This document shows positions 12,632-24,397 of a DNA stretch of 64,000 nucleotides, in pieces. The translations under genes were made by a program, and so were the position numbers. A model generated the notes under the pieces. The model was not told where the DNA came from, ran no database searches, and saw only the letters and a program-made list of their open reading frames with translations. Each line of letters starts with the position of its first letter. The stretch's first letter is position 1. Source of the stretch: Octopus vulgaris (taxonomy: Eukaryota); the NCBI GenBank assembly GCA_951406725.2, contig OX597826.1, forward strand, positions 63,488,001 to 63,552,000, written 5' to 3'.

Positions 12632-13384
12632 ACATGCATACATACGAAAATACTCTGTTGTTGATGTTGAAATTCCAATGAAGGAGCCTTGGATCTAGGT
12701 TAGAAACTGACTCTTTCTCTGTTGGAAAGAAATCTTGAAATTAAACTGGGACAATGACATACATACATACATACATACATACATACATACATACACACAT
12801 ACATATACACACATACATATACACACATACATACATGCATGCATGCTTGCATACATATTTATGTATACATGCATGCATACATATACGCATAGAGGCAACT
12901 CAGTTTTAAGCAATACTATTGATTCATTGTTCACTGAAAGCAGCGTGGATATGGCTTTCTAGTCTTACTAGGGGCCCACACTCTTTCCCACAGATGTGGT
13001 AATGATGGGTACCTCTTGCAGCAGTTCAGAGCATTACCACCTATGCCGAATAATGCTGTCATTCAATCATGGAATTTTTTTATCAAGATTTTTTACCATT
13101 TTCAGCTACAGCCAGCCATAGTATGCAACACCTAATAGAGACTATAATAGAGACAAAATTAAGTGTTGCCTTTGCCTAGAACCTTTTAAAGTGAGGAACA
13201 ATGGCCAACGTTTGTCTGCTGTGTTTATTTGTCCTTGCTTTATTTTTTTGCACTACATGATGTCCAAGGAAAACCACCCTCCTCACCAACCAGACTTGAT
13301 AAGATTGCCGGAATTAGTCGCTGACAGCCCAACAGGCAACAGTTTGCACTGGGTTACATGTTACCAGTAGCACTAAGAGTGATC

Positions 13385-14430
13385 TTCCTTCCTTCCTTCT
13401 TTCCATCCACCCAGTCAGCCTTCCTTCCTTCTTTCCATCCACCCAGCCAGCCTTCCTTCCTTCCTTCTTTCCATCCACCCAGCCAGCCTTCCTTCCCTCC
13501 TTCCTTCCTTCTTTCCATCCACCCAGCCTTCCTTCCTTCCTTCCTTCCATCCACCCAGCCAGCCTTCCTTTTTTTCCATCCACCCAGTCAGCCTTCCTTC
13601 CTTCCTTCTTTCCATCCACCCAGCCAGCCTTCCTTCTTTCCATCCACCCAGCCAGCCTTCCTTCCCTCCTTCCTTCCTTCTTTCCATCCACCCAGCCTTC
13701 CTTCCTTCCTTCCTTCCATCCACCCAGCCAGCCTTCCTTTTTTTCCATCCACCCAGTCAGCCTTCCTTCCTTCCGTCTTTCCATCCACCCAGCCAGCCTT
13801 GTTTCCTTCCATCCACCCAGCAGGCCTTCCTTCTTTCCATCCACCCAGTCAGCCTTCCTTTCTTCCCTCCTTACTTACTTCAATCCTTCCTTCCTTCCCT
13901 CCTTCCTTCCTTCCTTCCTTCCTTCCTTCCTTCCTTCCTTCCTTCAATCCTTCCTTCCTTCCTTCCTTCCATCCACCTAGCCAGCCTTCCTTCCTTCTTT
14001 CCATCCACCCAGTCAGACTTCCTTTCTTCCCTCCTTCCCTCCTTCCTTACTTCAATCCTTCCTTCCTTCCCTCCTTCCTTCCTTCCTTCCTTCCTTCCTT
14101 CCTTCCTTCCTTCCTTACTTCAATCCTTCCTTCCTTCCTTCCATCCACCTAGCCAGCCTTCCTTCCTTTTTTCCATCCAACCAGCCAACCTTCCTTCCTT
14201 CCTTCAATCCTCCCTTGCTTCTCTCCTTCCTTCCATCCACCTAACCAGCCTACTTCCTTCTTTCCATCCACCCAGCCAGCCTTCCTTCCTTCCTTCCCTC
14301 TTTCCTTCCTTCCTTCCTTCCTTCCTTCTTTCCATCCACCTAACCAGCCTCCCTTCCTTCTTTCCATCCACCCAGCCAGCCTTCCTCCCTTCCTTCCTTC
14401 CTTCCCTCTATCCTTCCTTCCTTCCTTCCT
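13385..14430. repeat. ~1.05 kb polypyrimidine/polypurine compound repeat (CCTT, CCAT, CCAC, CCAG tetramers)
   Basis: Directly visible, with the recurring module ttccatccacccagccagccttccttcc. Confidence 0.97.
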
Positions 14431-14862
14431 TTCTTTGTTAATCTGTCAAAATTCTGTCACACTTTATGCAACCTGGAAACTGAAACAATTGCAATACATC
14501 CCTATCTTACCTCCTCTCCTTTTGCTTTGTTTTTTTGTTTCATCCTTGAACCAGTAGACCCCCCCCCCTTTTATTGTTTGCTGTTAAACTGAATACATGA
14601 CATAGAAGCCTTTGGTCACTTCCAGATTGATTTCTCTGTTCTTTCCTCCTCTCTTATCAGTATTGTTTATTTATTTATTGTTATCAGTATTCCATTTTAT
14701 TTTTGTATAAATAGTGCTGTGAATGTTGTTGTTTTTTTTTTGGGTTTTTTTGCCCCATGGAGGTCATTTTTGAGCATACAGGGATATTTGATACAAATAA
14801 GCATATCGATATGGTATGAAGTTTGCTTCCCAACCACATATATCATATCTCTTTTCTCTTTC

Positions 14863-15756
14863 TCTTTTACTTGTTTCAGTCATGTGACTGCAGCCATGCT
14901 GGAGCACCACCTTTTAGTCGAGCAAATCGGCCCCGAGACTTTTTCTTTGTAAGCCCAGTACTTATTCTATCGGTCTCTTTTGCCGAACCGCTAAGTGACA
15001 GGGATGTAAACACACCAGCATCGGTTGTCAAGCAATGCTAGGGGGACAAACACAAACACACAAACACACACATACATATATATATATACATATATACGAC
15101 AGGCTTCTTTCAGTTTCCGTCTACCAAATCCACTCACAAGGCATTGGTCGGCCCGGGGCTATAGCAGAAGACACTTGCCCAAGATGCCACGCAGTGGGAC
15201 TGAACCCGGAACCATGTGGTTGGTTAGCAAGCTACTTACCACACAGCCACTCCTGCGCCTGTAGGGATATTTGATACAAATAAGCATAGCTATGTGGTAA
15301 GAAGTTGGCTTCCCAACCACATATATCATATCTCTTTTCTCTTTCTCTTTTACTCGTTTCAGTCATTTGACTGCGGCCATACTGGAGCACCGCCTTTTAG
15401 TCGAGCAAATCGGCCCCAGGACTTATTCTTTGTAAGCCTAGTACTTATTCTATCAGTCTCTTTTGCCGAACCGTTAAGTAACGGGGACGTAAACATACCA
15501 GCATCGGTTGTCAAGTGATGTTGGAGGGACAAACACAGACACACAAACACACACACACACACACATATATACATATATATATATACATATATACGACAGG
15601 CTTCTTTCAGTTTCCGTCTACCAAATCTACTCACAAGGCTTTGGTCGGCCCGAGGCTATAGTAGAAGACACTTGCCCATGGTGCCATGCAGTGCAACTGA
15701 ACCCAGAACCGTGTGGTTGGTAAGCAAGCTACTTACCACACAGCCACTCCTGCGCC
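14863..15756 (-). mobile_element. Two adjacent full-length CORE-type tRNA SINEs with internal CA/TA microsatellites
   Basis: Copies at 14863-15259 and 15346-15756. Head ggcgcaggagtggctgtgtggtaag, B-box ggttcagtccc, CORE-like cttgggcaagtgtctt. The family recurs more than 10 times in the window. Confidence 0.88.
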
Positions 15757-16249
15757 ATATATACCTCTGTGTGTACGTGCATGTTTATGTTTGTCCCCCA
15801 CCATCACTTGAACACTGGTGTTGGTTTGTTTATATCCTTGTAACTTAGTGGTTCTGCAAAAAGGGATCAATACTCTGAGTACCAAGCTTTAAAATAATTA
15901 CAAGGATCAATTTTTTTTTTTTTTGCCTAATACTCTTGAAGGTGGTGCTCCAGCATGATTGCCATCCAATGACTAAAAGAAGTAAAAGATAATATATGTA
16001 TGTACATATGTACTTACATATGTATATATGTATGTATACCTGTATGTATGTATGTATGTGTGTTTACATGTATGTTCATATACACATACAAACAAATATA
16101 AATGCGATTGAAATATCTCTTTATGGTACAAACCTATTTATTTTACATTCTTGATAACCTGATAAATTTAATTCTTTTGATAAAAAAAACAAATTGTAGA
16201 TAAATTAAAAATTGTAAGATAGAGCAATATTACGCATATTCATACACAT

Positions 16250-16617
16250 ATTTACGTGCCACCGGCACGAGGCCAGTACAGCGCCGCCCAGACTGGCCTC
16301 GTGCTGGTGGTACGTAAAAAGCACCATCCGTTCGTGGCCATTGCCAGCCTCGCCTGGCCCCGTGCTGGTGGCACGTAAAAAGCACCATCCGTCCGTGGCT
16401 GTTTGCCAGCTCTGTCTGGCACCTTTGCGGGTGGCACGTAAAAAGCACCCAATACACTCACGGAGTGGTTGGCGTTAGGAAGGGCATCCAGCCATAGAAA
16501 CACTGCCAGATCAGACTGGGCCTGATGCAGCCTTCTGGCTTCACGGATCCCAGTTGAACCGTCCAACCCTTGCTAGCATGGAAAGCGGACGCTAAATGAT
16601 GATGATGATGATGATGA
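16250..16617 (+). mobile_element. 5'-truncated 3' end of the RTE LINE family with (GAT)n tail
   Basis: Same sequence as the 3' part attached to RTE coding remnants at 35025-36103 and 46710-47353. Confidence 0.8.
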
Positions 16618-17199
16618 TTCATATACATATCTGTATACATTTACACAGTTATGCGCGCATATGCATGCATATGTATCTCATGAATTGTCTTCATTTACTG
16701 TTCAGTCTGTGGAGGCACATGGTCTAGTGGCTAGAGCAGCGGAATCACGGTCGAGGGATCACGGGTTTGAATCTCAGACTGGGTGATATGTGTGTTTATG
16801 TGTGAAACACCAAAGCTCCATGCGGGTCCAGCAGAAGGTAATAGTGAAGTTCTGCTGACTCTCTCGCCACAACTTTCTCTTACTCTTTCCTCCTGCATCT
16901 TGCAGCTCACCTGCAACAGACTGGCGTCCCGTCCAGGTGGGGAACCTATACACCAAGGAAACCAGGGAACCTATACACCAAGGAAACCGGGAAACCAGCC
17001 CTATGAGCCAGGTGTGGCTCGAGAAGGAACAAACAACAACAAAACAACAACTGTTCAGTCTAGAGACCTCATCTTTTCTCGTTATTGTACCTGTCTCATT
17101 TTCCTGTTTGTGTTCACCTATCATGTCTGCTCACTTATACTCCAGCAGCTTATGTTGCCGACACTGCCAAATTGAAGAATATTATCAGGAGGTGTTGAG

Positions 17200-17467
17200 A
17201 CCATGATGATATTTGGTCAATAACTGATGAAAGGTTGGTGAGAGAGGAATGCTTAAGATGGACCCAGACAGCTCTAAAGAGCAGAGGCCATTATAGTAGT
17301 GGTTAAAAATAGAGAGGAAACAGTGCACCTGTGGATTAGAGGCTGGAGCCTGTCTGCATGTCTGTAAGTGGTTTTATACCAATCAGTCAGGTAGCCCTTT
17401 TATGAATGCAGTCTAAAATGTACTGACCCAAATATGAAGGCAACACTCCATTGTGAGCCTCACCTGA
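17200..17467 (-). mobile_element. Degraded L2/CR1/jockey-type LINE RT C-terminal fragment
   Basis: Minus-strand fragments QVRLTMECCLHIW, LDCIHKRA, LQPLIHRCTVSSL and YYNGLCSLEL match the usual post-RT pattern. Confidence 0.65.
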
Positions 17468-18067
17468 GCTTTGTATCTGCATCAGCATCGATTAGTATCT
17501 GTTTTCCATGTTGGCATAAGTTGGACAGGCTGACAGGAACTGTTGAGCAAGAGGACAGCACCAAGCTCCAACGTCTGCTTTGGTATCAAGGTTTCTATGG
17601 CCGGATGCCCTTCCTAACACCAAACACTTCACAGAATGTATTGAGTGCTTTTGTACGTAGCACCTGCACAGTAAGGTCACCAAATAACTCACAAGACAAG
17701 ATCCTTCCACTGATTTGCAGGTAGTATTGAAGGAGGTGGCTTTATGCCAGGTGATGACAGAATTAAAATATGATAGAGGGATAAAAGCAGATGTCTTGTG
17801 GAAGAGGAGATACCCCTGTTGGAGAAGGAGAGAAAATTATGAAGAGGTGTCAGAGTACACCCTCAAGTAACAGGGAAGTGAGCATAAGAAGAATGGTCCA
17901 GAAGATAGGACAGAACGAATGGGCAGAGTATCAATGACTGTAAAGGACTGAAGTAGTTTTTCTTTTTCTTATTTGTTTTCTATCTCCAGCCAAAAGATAT
18001 ATTTCAATTAAGAATTTTTTCAATACATCATTCTATATATCAGCTTGTAATACATCTGTCAAAATTC

Positions 18068-18690
18068 AGGTAGTGAGCTGGCAGAATTGTTAGCACATCA
18101 GGCAAAATGCTTATAGGTGTTCCACCTGTCTTTAAGTTTTGAGTTCAAATTCTACGAAGGTCAACTTTACCTTTCATCCTTTTGGAGTCGATAAAATAAG
18201 TACCAGTTGAATATTGGGGTTGATGTAATCAACTTAATACGTCTTTCAAAACTCAGGTAGTGAGCTGGCAGAATTGTTAGCACATCAGGCAAAATGCTTA
18301 GAGGTGTTTCACCTGTCTTTATGTTTTGAGTTCAAATTCTACGAAGGTCAACTTTACCTTTCATCTTTTTGGAGTCGATAAAATAAGTGCCAGTTGAATA
18401 CTGGGGTTGACGTAATCAACTTACCCTATCCCCTGAAATTGCTGGCCTTGTGCCAAAACTTGAAACCAATAATTCTTTCAGAATTAAGGCAGTGAGCTAA
18501 CAAAATCATTAGCACACTGGCCAAAATGCCTGGCAGTGTTTCGTCCTTCTTCACGTTCTGAGTTCAAATTCCACCAAGGTCAACTTTGCTTTTTTATTGT
18601 TTTGGAGCTGATAAAATAAACACCAGCCAAAAACTGGGGACTTACCCACTTCCCCAAAATTACTGGCCTTTTGCCAAAATTTGAAATTAA
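18068..18690 (+). mobile_element. Head-to-tail array of three Nin-type SINEs
   Basis: Heads at about 18068, 18256 and 18487. The first two share the upstream flank taatac.tct.tcaaaa.tc. Confidence 0.85.
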
Positions 18691-19105
18691 TATGTCTTTC
18701 AAAGTTAATACCATTCACAACCCACTCAAGTTATTTCTTGGATATCATTTTGTATTATCATTATATAACACAGAGGTTATGATACGTCAGCTGCTAAACA
18801 TAGAAAATTAGGGAATGGAGATATAACCAAACTTTGGTGTCTACTATCTCTGTTAGGTGAATGAAATTAAGAGCATTGGTTCAGACAAGCATTCAGGTAT
18901 ATGTCCCATGGCAATGAGCTATTAATAACAGCATTATAAATAAACGTATATGGATTACTGGAACTGCATACGTTTGTAAAAACATCATTTGTTACGTTGT
19001 GAAATATCTCCATTATATAAACTGGTGTTTTGTGTGCAGGTATATTTTGAAATACATTTTGGGAATATATATTTACCTTTCACTGTGTGCGTGTGTGTTT
19101 GTGTG

Positions 19106-19153
<48 letters not shown>

Positions 19154-20269
19154 GAGAATTCACAAAAAAAACAAAAGACGAAGACAGGTGGTGTAGAAAA
19201 CAAACAGATGTATTAGGATAACGCTCAGGAATTGAAAAAGTCTTTTACATTTCAAGCCTACGCTCTTCCACAGAAAGGAACACAGAAAGAAACAAGGAGA
19301 GAAAAAAAATGTGTGTAATATGTATGTTGTATGTATGTATATATATATATATATATAGATATATACATATATAGGTTTGTATATATATATATTTGTATAT
19401 ATATATATGTGTGTGTGTTTGTATATATATATATATATATATATTATGTACACACACACACTCATACATATAGATGTATGCATAAATATACACATGTATA
19501 TGAACACCACACATACATTTATATACACATATATATCTATGCATATATAAATGTATATATATATTTTTTTTTTCCTTTATTCATTTCAGTCATTAGATAG
19601 ACTATGGCCATGCTGGGGCACCACTTTGAAGAATTTTTAGTCAAATGTATCAACTCCGGTACTTAATTTTTTAAAGCTTGGTACTTATTCTGTGTGTATA
19701 ATAATTTATTATTATTTAGTGAGAGAGCAGTGCATGCCATCAAAGTGACACTGGGGTAAAATATATGAAGCCCAGTATACCCATCATAACAACCCGTCTG
19801 ATAAGGGTACACTAGGCACATGCATCACAACCATATGTGCGCAACATGGTGATCTCATATCAAGATAAACAGCACATGACCCAGCAGGTAGGGCCCAGTT
19901 AGAATTTTCTTCTGGTCAAGTAACCCATCCCACTCAAAAGGTCCCTGAATAAGGGTTGTTTAAGGATATTGAATGAAACACCCATGTTTCCAGAGGTGAA
20001 TTGTTCAAACCCCAAAAAATCCCTCTCAACACATGGCTATGATGCTCCCCCACTACTTCTGCTCATGATCAGAGATTCACATATTGTCAGCCACTAAGGG
20101 TCATGCTCAACTGGTTAAGGTCAAACAACTGGCAAGCAAATCTGTAGTATTGAGCAGAATATTTGCTGTAGCTCATCTTTTATACCAAGACAAAACAATG
20201 TACATGATAACACTTCCAATCAGTTAAGATGAGAAACCACGAGAACCATTGCCTGGTACTGCATCAGGG

Positions 20270-20270
<1 letters not shown>

Positions 20271-20326
<56 letters not shown>

Positions 20327-20333
20327 CATTATC

Positions 20334-20412
<79 letters not shown>
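20271..20412. repeat. (ATT)n/(ATC)n microsatellite
   Basis: Directly visible. Confidence 0.98.
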
Positions 20413-20417
<5 letters not shown>

Positions 20418-20820
20418 TGCAGTGATCTGGCAGAAAACATTAGCATTCTGGGCAAAATGCTTTGTGGTATTTCATCCATCTTTATGTTTTTGAGTTCAAA
20501 TTCTGCTGAGGTTGACTTTGCCTTTCATCCTTTCAGGGTTGATAAAAATAGGTACCAGTTGAGAACTGGGGTTGATGTAACCAATTTCGTCCCCACTCCC
20601 AAAATTTCAGGTCTTGTACCCTCAGTAGAACGGATTACTATTATTAGTAGAGTGTCAGACAAAATGTTTTGTGGTATTTCTTCACATTCTGAGTTCAAAT
20701 CCTCCTAAGATCAACTTTGCTTGTCACCTTCTGAAGTGAACAAGGTAAAGTATTATATAGTATTGGGATTAATGGTATTTACTAATCTCCTCCCAAAATC
20801 ACTGACTTTATATATATATG

Positions 20821-20861
<41 letters not shown>

Positions 20862-21714
20862 TGTAGAGCATTATCATTGAAGGGGTAAAGATCCAAGGTC
20901 AGTTAAAGTTATATATTTTGTATTGTATATAAAGGGGTTTTACTACCTTCCTGGCAAGGTTGCGGGGGCTTGAGTCCTCAGGCACCACCTCCATAGGGTC
21001 CTGTCACAAGCAACTTATATTCAGATATAACAAAAATACAAACATGGTGACTGGTATTTTATTCTACTGACCCAGGAAAGCTGAAATGCAAAGTCAGCTT
21101 TCACAGGATTTGAACTCACAACATAAAAGGATGTAATTACATAGAGCCAAGTATTTGATTGTTGTTGTTGTTGGTGGTGATGGTGGTGATGGAGGTAGTT
21201 ATGTTGGTCTTGGAGGAGCATGCGATAATAATTTAGGTTGAGAGTGATAGGGCAAATTACTTTTGATATTGTATCTATCATCAAGTGTCATTTCTCCTTC
21301 AAATCTAAATTTAAATTTTACATAAATATATTCTATTTCTTGTTTCACTCATTTGACTGTGGCCAAGCTGGAGCACCACCTTTAGTCAAACAAATCGCCC
21401 CCAGGACTTATTCTTTCTAAGTCTAGTACTTATTCTATCAGTCTCTTTTGCCGAACCGCTAAGTGACAGGGATGTAAAGTGACAGGAACATTGGTTGTCA
21501 GGCGATGGTGGAGGGACAAACACAGATGCAAATAACAAACACACGCATACATATATATACATATATATATATGACGAGCTTCTTTCAGTTTCCGTCTACC
21601 AAATCCACTCACAAGGCTTTGTTGGCCCAAGGCTATGGGTGCCATGCAGTGGGACTGAACTCGGAACAATGTAGTTGGGAAGCAAGCTTCTTACCACACA
21701 GCCACTCTTGCGTT

Positions 21715-21780
<66 letters not shown>

Positions 21781-21784
21781 CATT

Positions 21785-21901
<117 letters not shown>

Positions 21902-21903
21902 CG

Positions 21904-21937
<34 letters not shown>

Positions 21938-23318
21938 CATACATACGTACATACATACATATATATATAGATGCATATATACATACATACATACATATAA
22001 ACACATGCGCATATGCACACATATATGTATGTAAATATATTTATACACAGAGGCCATAACCCGTGGCCCCTACCTGGGACGTAGTCAGTCCACCTGTGCA
22101 TACCTTCCTTCTTGGGACACATAACTCTACTTGTGAAGACCTGTTGAGGCAGGTGAAAATCAAAAAATCAAATCGAAATCGATCAACGTCAATGGAATTT
22201 GTAGTTTGTGGTACCAGTGCCAGTGGCACATAAGAGAACCGTCTGAACGCGGCAGTAGCCAGCACCGCATCGACTGGCCCCCATGCTGGTGGCATGTAAC
22301 AAACACCATCCAATCGTGGCCATTGCCAGCCTCACCTGGCCTCCGTGCCGGTGACACGTAAAAAGCACCATCCGAGCGTGGCCATTCGCCAGCCTCGTCT
22401 GGCACCTGTGTCGGTGGCACGTAAAAAGCACCCACTACACTCACAGAGTGGTTGGCGTTAGGAAGGGCATCCAGCTGTAGAAACACTGCCAGATCTGACT
22501 GGCCTGGTGCAGCCTTCGGGCTCCCCAGACCCCAGTTGAACCGTCCAACCCATGCTAGCATGGAAAGCGGACGTTAAACTATGATGATGATGATGATGAT
22601 GATGATGACACACACACATATATATATATACATGTATATAGAGATATACATGAGTGGTAAGAAGCTTGCTTCCCAACTACATGTGCGTGTGTATTACACA
22701 CACACACACCTAGTTTCTCTTCTAACCACAAGAATCTTTATCGCAGTGACACAACCCAAACTACCAACATCTGTCAAACACTTATCGCATGAATACAACA
22801 GTTGAGGTGACGGTGTTGGTGGTGTTGGTGGGGAATTTTGTTTTGCTGATTGTGGACTCTATTACGTAGATCGCATGATAACGAGCTGATGTAAGTTAGG
22901 GGAATTTTATGCTAACAAAGTAGAGAGTGCTCGCAGGAAAAGGAGAGACAGAGAGAGAGAAAAACTGAATGAGGGAGATACACACACAAACAAAAGACAC
23001 ACACACGTACGTACGTACGTACGTACATACACAAACAAAAGACACGCGCACGCAATCACACACCTATGTATGTATTTATGTAGTTGAGTGTTTGTTTAGT
23101 GAAATTAAACGATATAACCGTATTGTTGTACAATATATTCCTCACTCCACCCTGGCGTGTTATTTTTATTTCTTGTTGTTTTCCCGTCTGACATCAGGAA
23201 AACACAGTTATTATTTTTATTTATTTATTTATTTATTTTGCTTGAGTAGTGATAATTGTAGAGCATTATCATTGTAGGGGTAAAAGATTCAAGTTTACAG
23301 TTAAAGTTATATATTTCG

Positions 23319-23541
23319 GAGATGTACTTGCATAGCAAGTGATTTGATCTGAGATCGTGTGCCGGAACGAAAACAATTGCAGCGTGGAAGGTGTTTATAA
23401 GCCAGTTAAGAAACACACAAAAGCCGTTCGATTCACTTCAACATTTAAGTTTAATTCGTCAAAATATTTTCGTCGCTATAAGACCGCGACTTGTTCACTG
23501 ACAAAAATCCGTGGCATTCAAACACCTTCCACGCTGCAATT
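23319..23541 (-). mobile_element. 223-bp insertion with 13-bp TSD, internal inverted repeat and hammerhead fold (Penelope-like terminus)
   Basis: TSD gttatatatttcg at 23306-23318 and 23542-23554. A paralogous empty site is at 20859-20948. IR arms are 23372-23396 and 23520-23544. Confidence 0.75.
23455..23504 (-). ncRNA. Minimal type I hammerhead ribozyme fold, G3-C8 core variant
   Basis: Minus strand reads tttgtca GTGAACA a gtcgc-ggtcttata-gcgac GAAA atat T T tgacgaa, with palindromic stem III AATATT. Confidence 0.55.
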
Positions 23542-23874
23542 GTTATATATTTCGTATTGCATATGAAGGGGTTTTACTATCTTTTTCTTTTATCCTCATG
23601 TGTAGGTGCACGTTTCAATTTATGTATATACCTCAGCTAGTATTTGGGTATTTTGAAAATACTTCACAGAGTGACGACCATAACCTGCATAGTTATGGGT
23701 CACCCTTTGGCAAGGCATAGCATCCGTTCAGCCATCCTGCCAGGAATATGGCAAACTCATTGGACTGCAGCATGATAAATTGTGAAAAGGTAGTGGAAGA
23801 GCTCAACTGAGCCAACAGCACTGGAATTGTAGATCAACGGTCAGGATGATCCAGCTCTATCAAGAGAGTAACTA

Positions 23875-24397
23875 CCGTAAATCCTCGAGTATAGTCCGCC
23901 CTTGAGTATAATACGCAGGGGATTTTTAGGGGGCTGTACCTCTGAAAAACCTAAACCTTGTGTATAATATGCACCCCTTCTCTAACTTGAGTCGTGCGTA
24001 ATTAAGCCAGCAAAAACCTAGTCGAACAAACACTTCCACACATGCGTAATGCAATAATGGTAATGTTCTTAAATGTTATATGGGAATGTAAATATGTTAG
24101 CAAATTGCTTTTGTTACATGTTATTCTGTGTTCTGAATACTTTTATTTTAATAAATGTTGCTTTCTGCAAGTTATGGATGATTCTTTTATGACTTCATTG
24201 CTTTCAGGCTTAGCTTAAGGTATTTTCACACCCGACATCACAAAATGCGTCTGAAGAAACATTGCCGGACAGCAAATAGAGACTCGGACATTGCTTATAA
24301 AATATTTTTCATTTTAAACCTCGTATATAGTACGCACAAGGGATTTTTATCTTTAAATTTTGGGGGAAAAATGTGGATTATACTCGAGGATTTACAG
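23875..24397. mobile_element. Tc1/mariner-superfamily (Tc2/pogo-like) MITE
   Basis: TA target duplication. TIRs ccgtaaatcctcgagtata and tatactcgaggatttacag, plus an internal subterminal repeat. Confidence 0.88.

Noticed and set aside
13314-14367. Long ORFs (up to 264 aa) on both strands
   Set aside because: They are translations of the CCTT/CCAC tetramer repeat, open only because the repeat lacks stop codons.
19718-20270. Unique-looking block between TTA tracts as a gene fragment
   Set aside because: It has no sustained ORF or recognisable motif. It is probably an unclassified repeat, but it could not be classified by eye.
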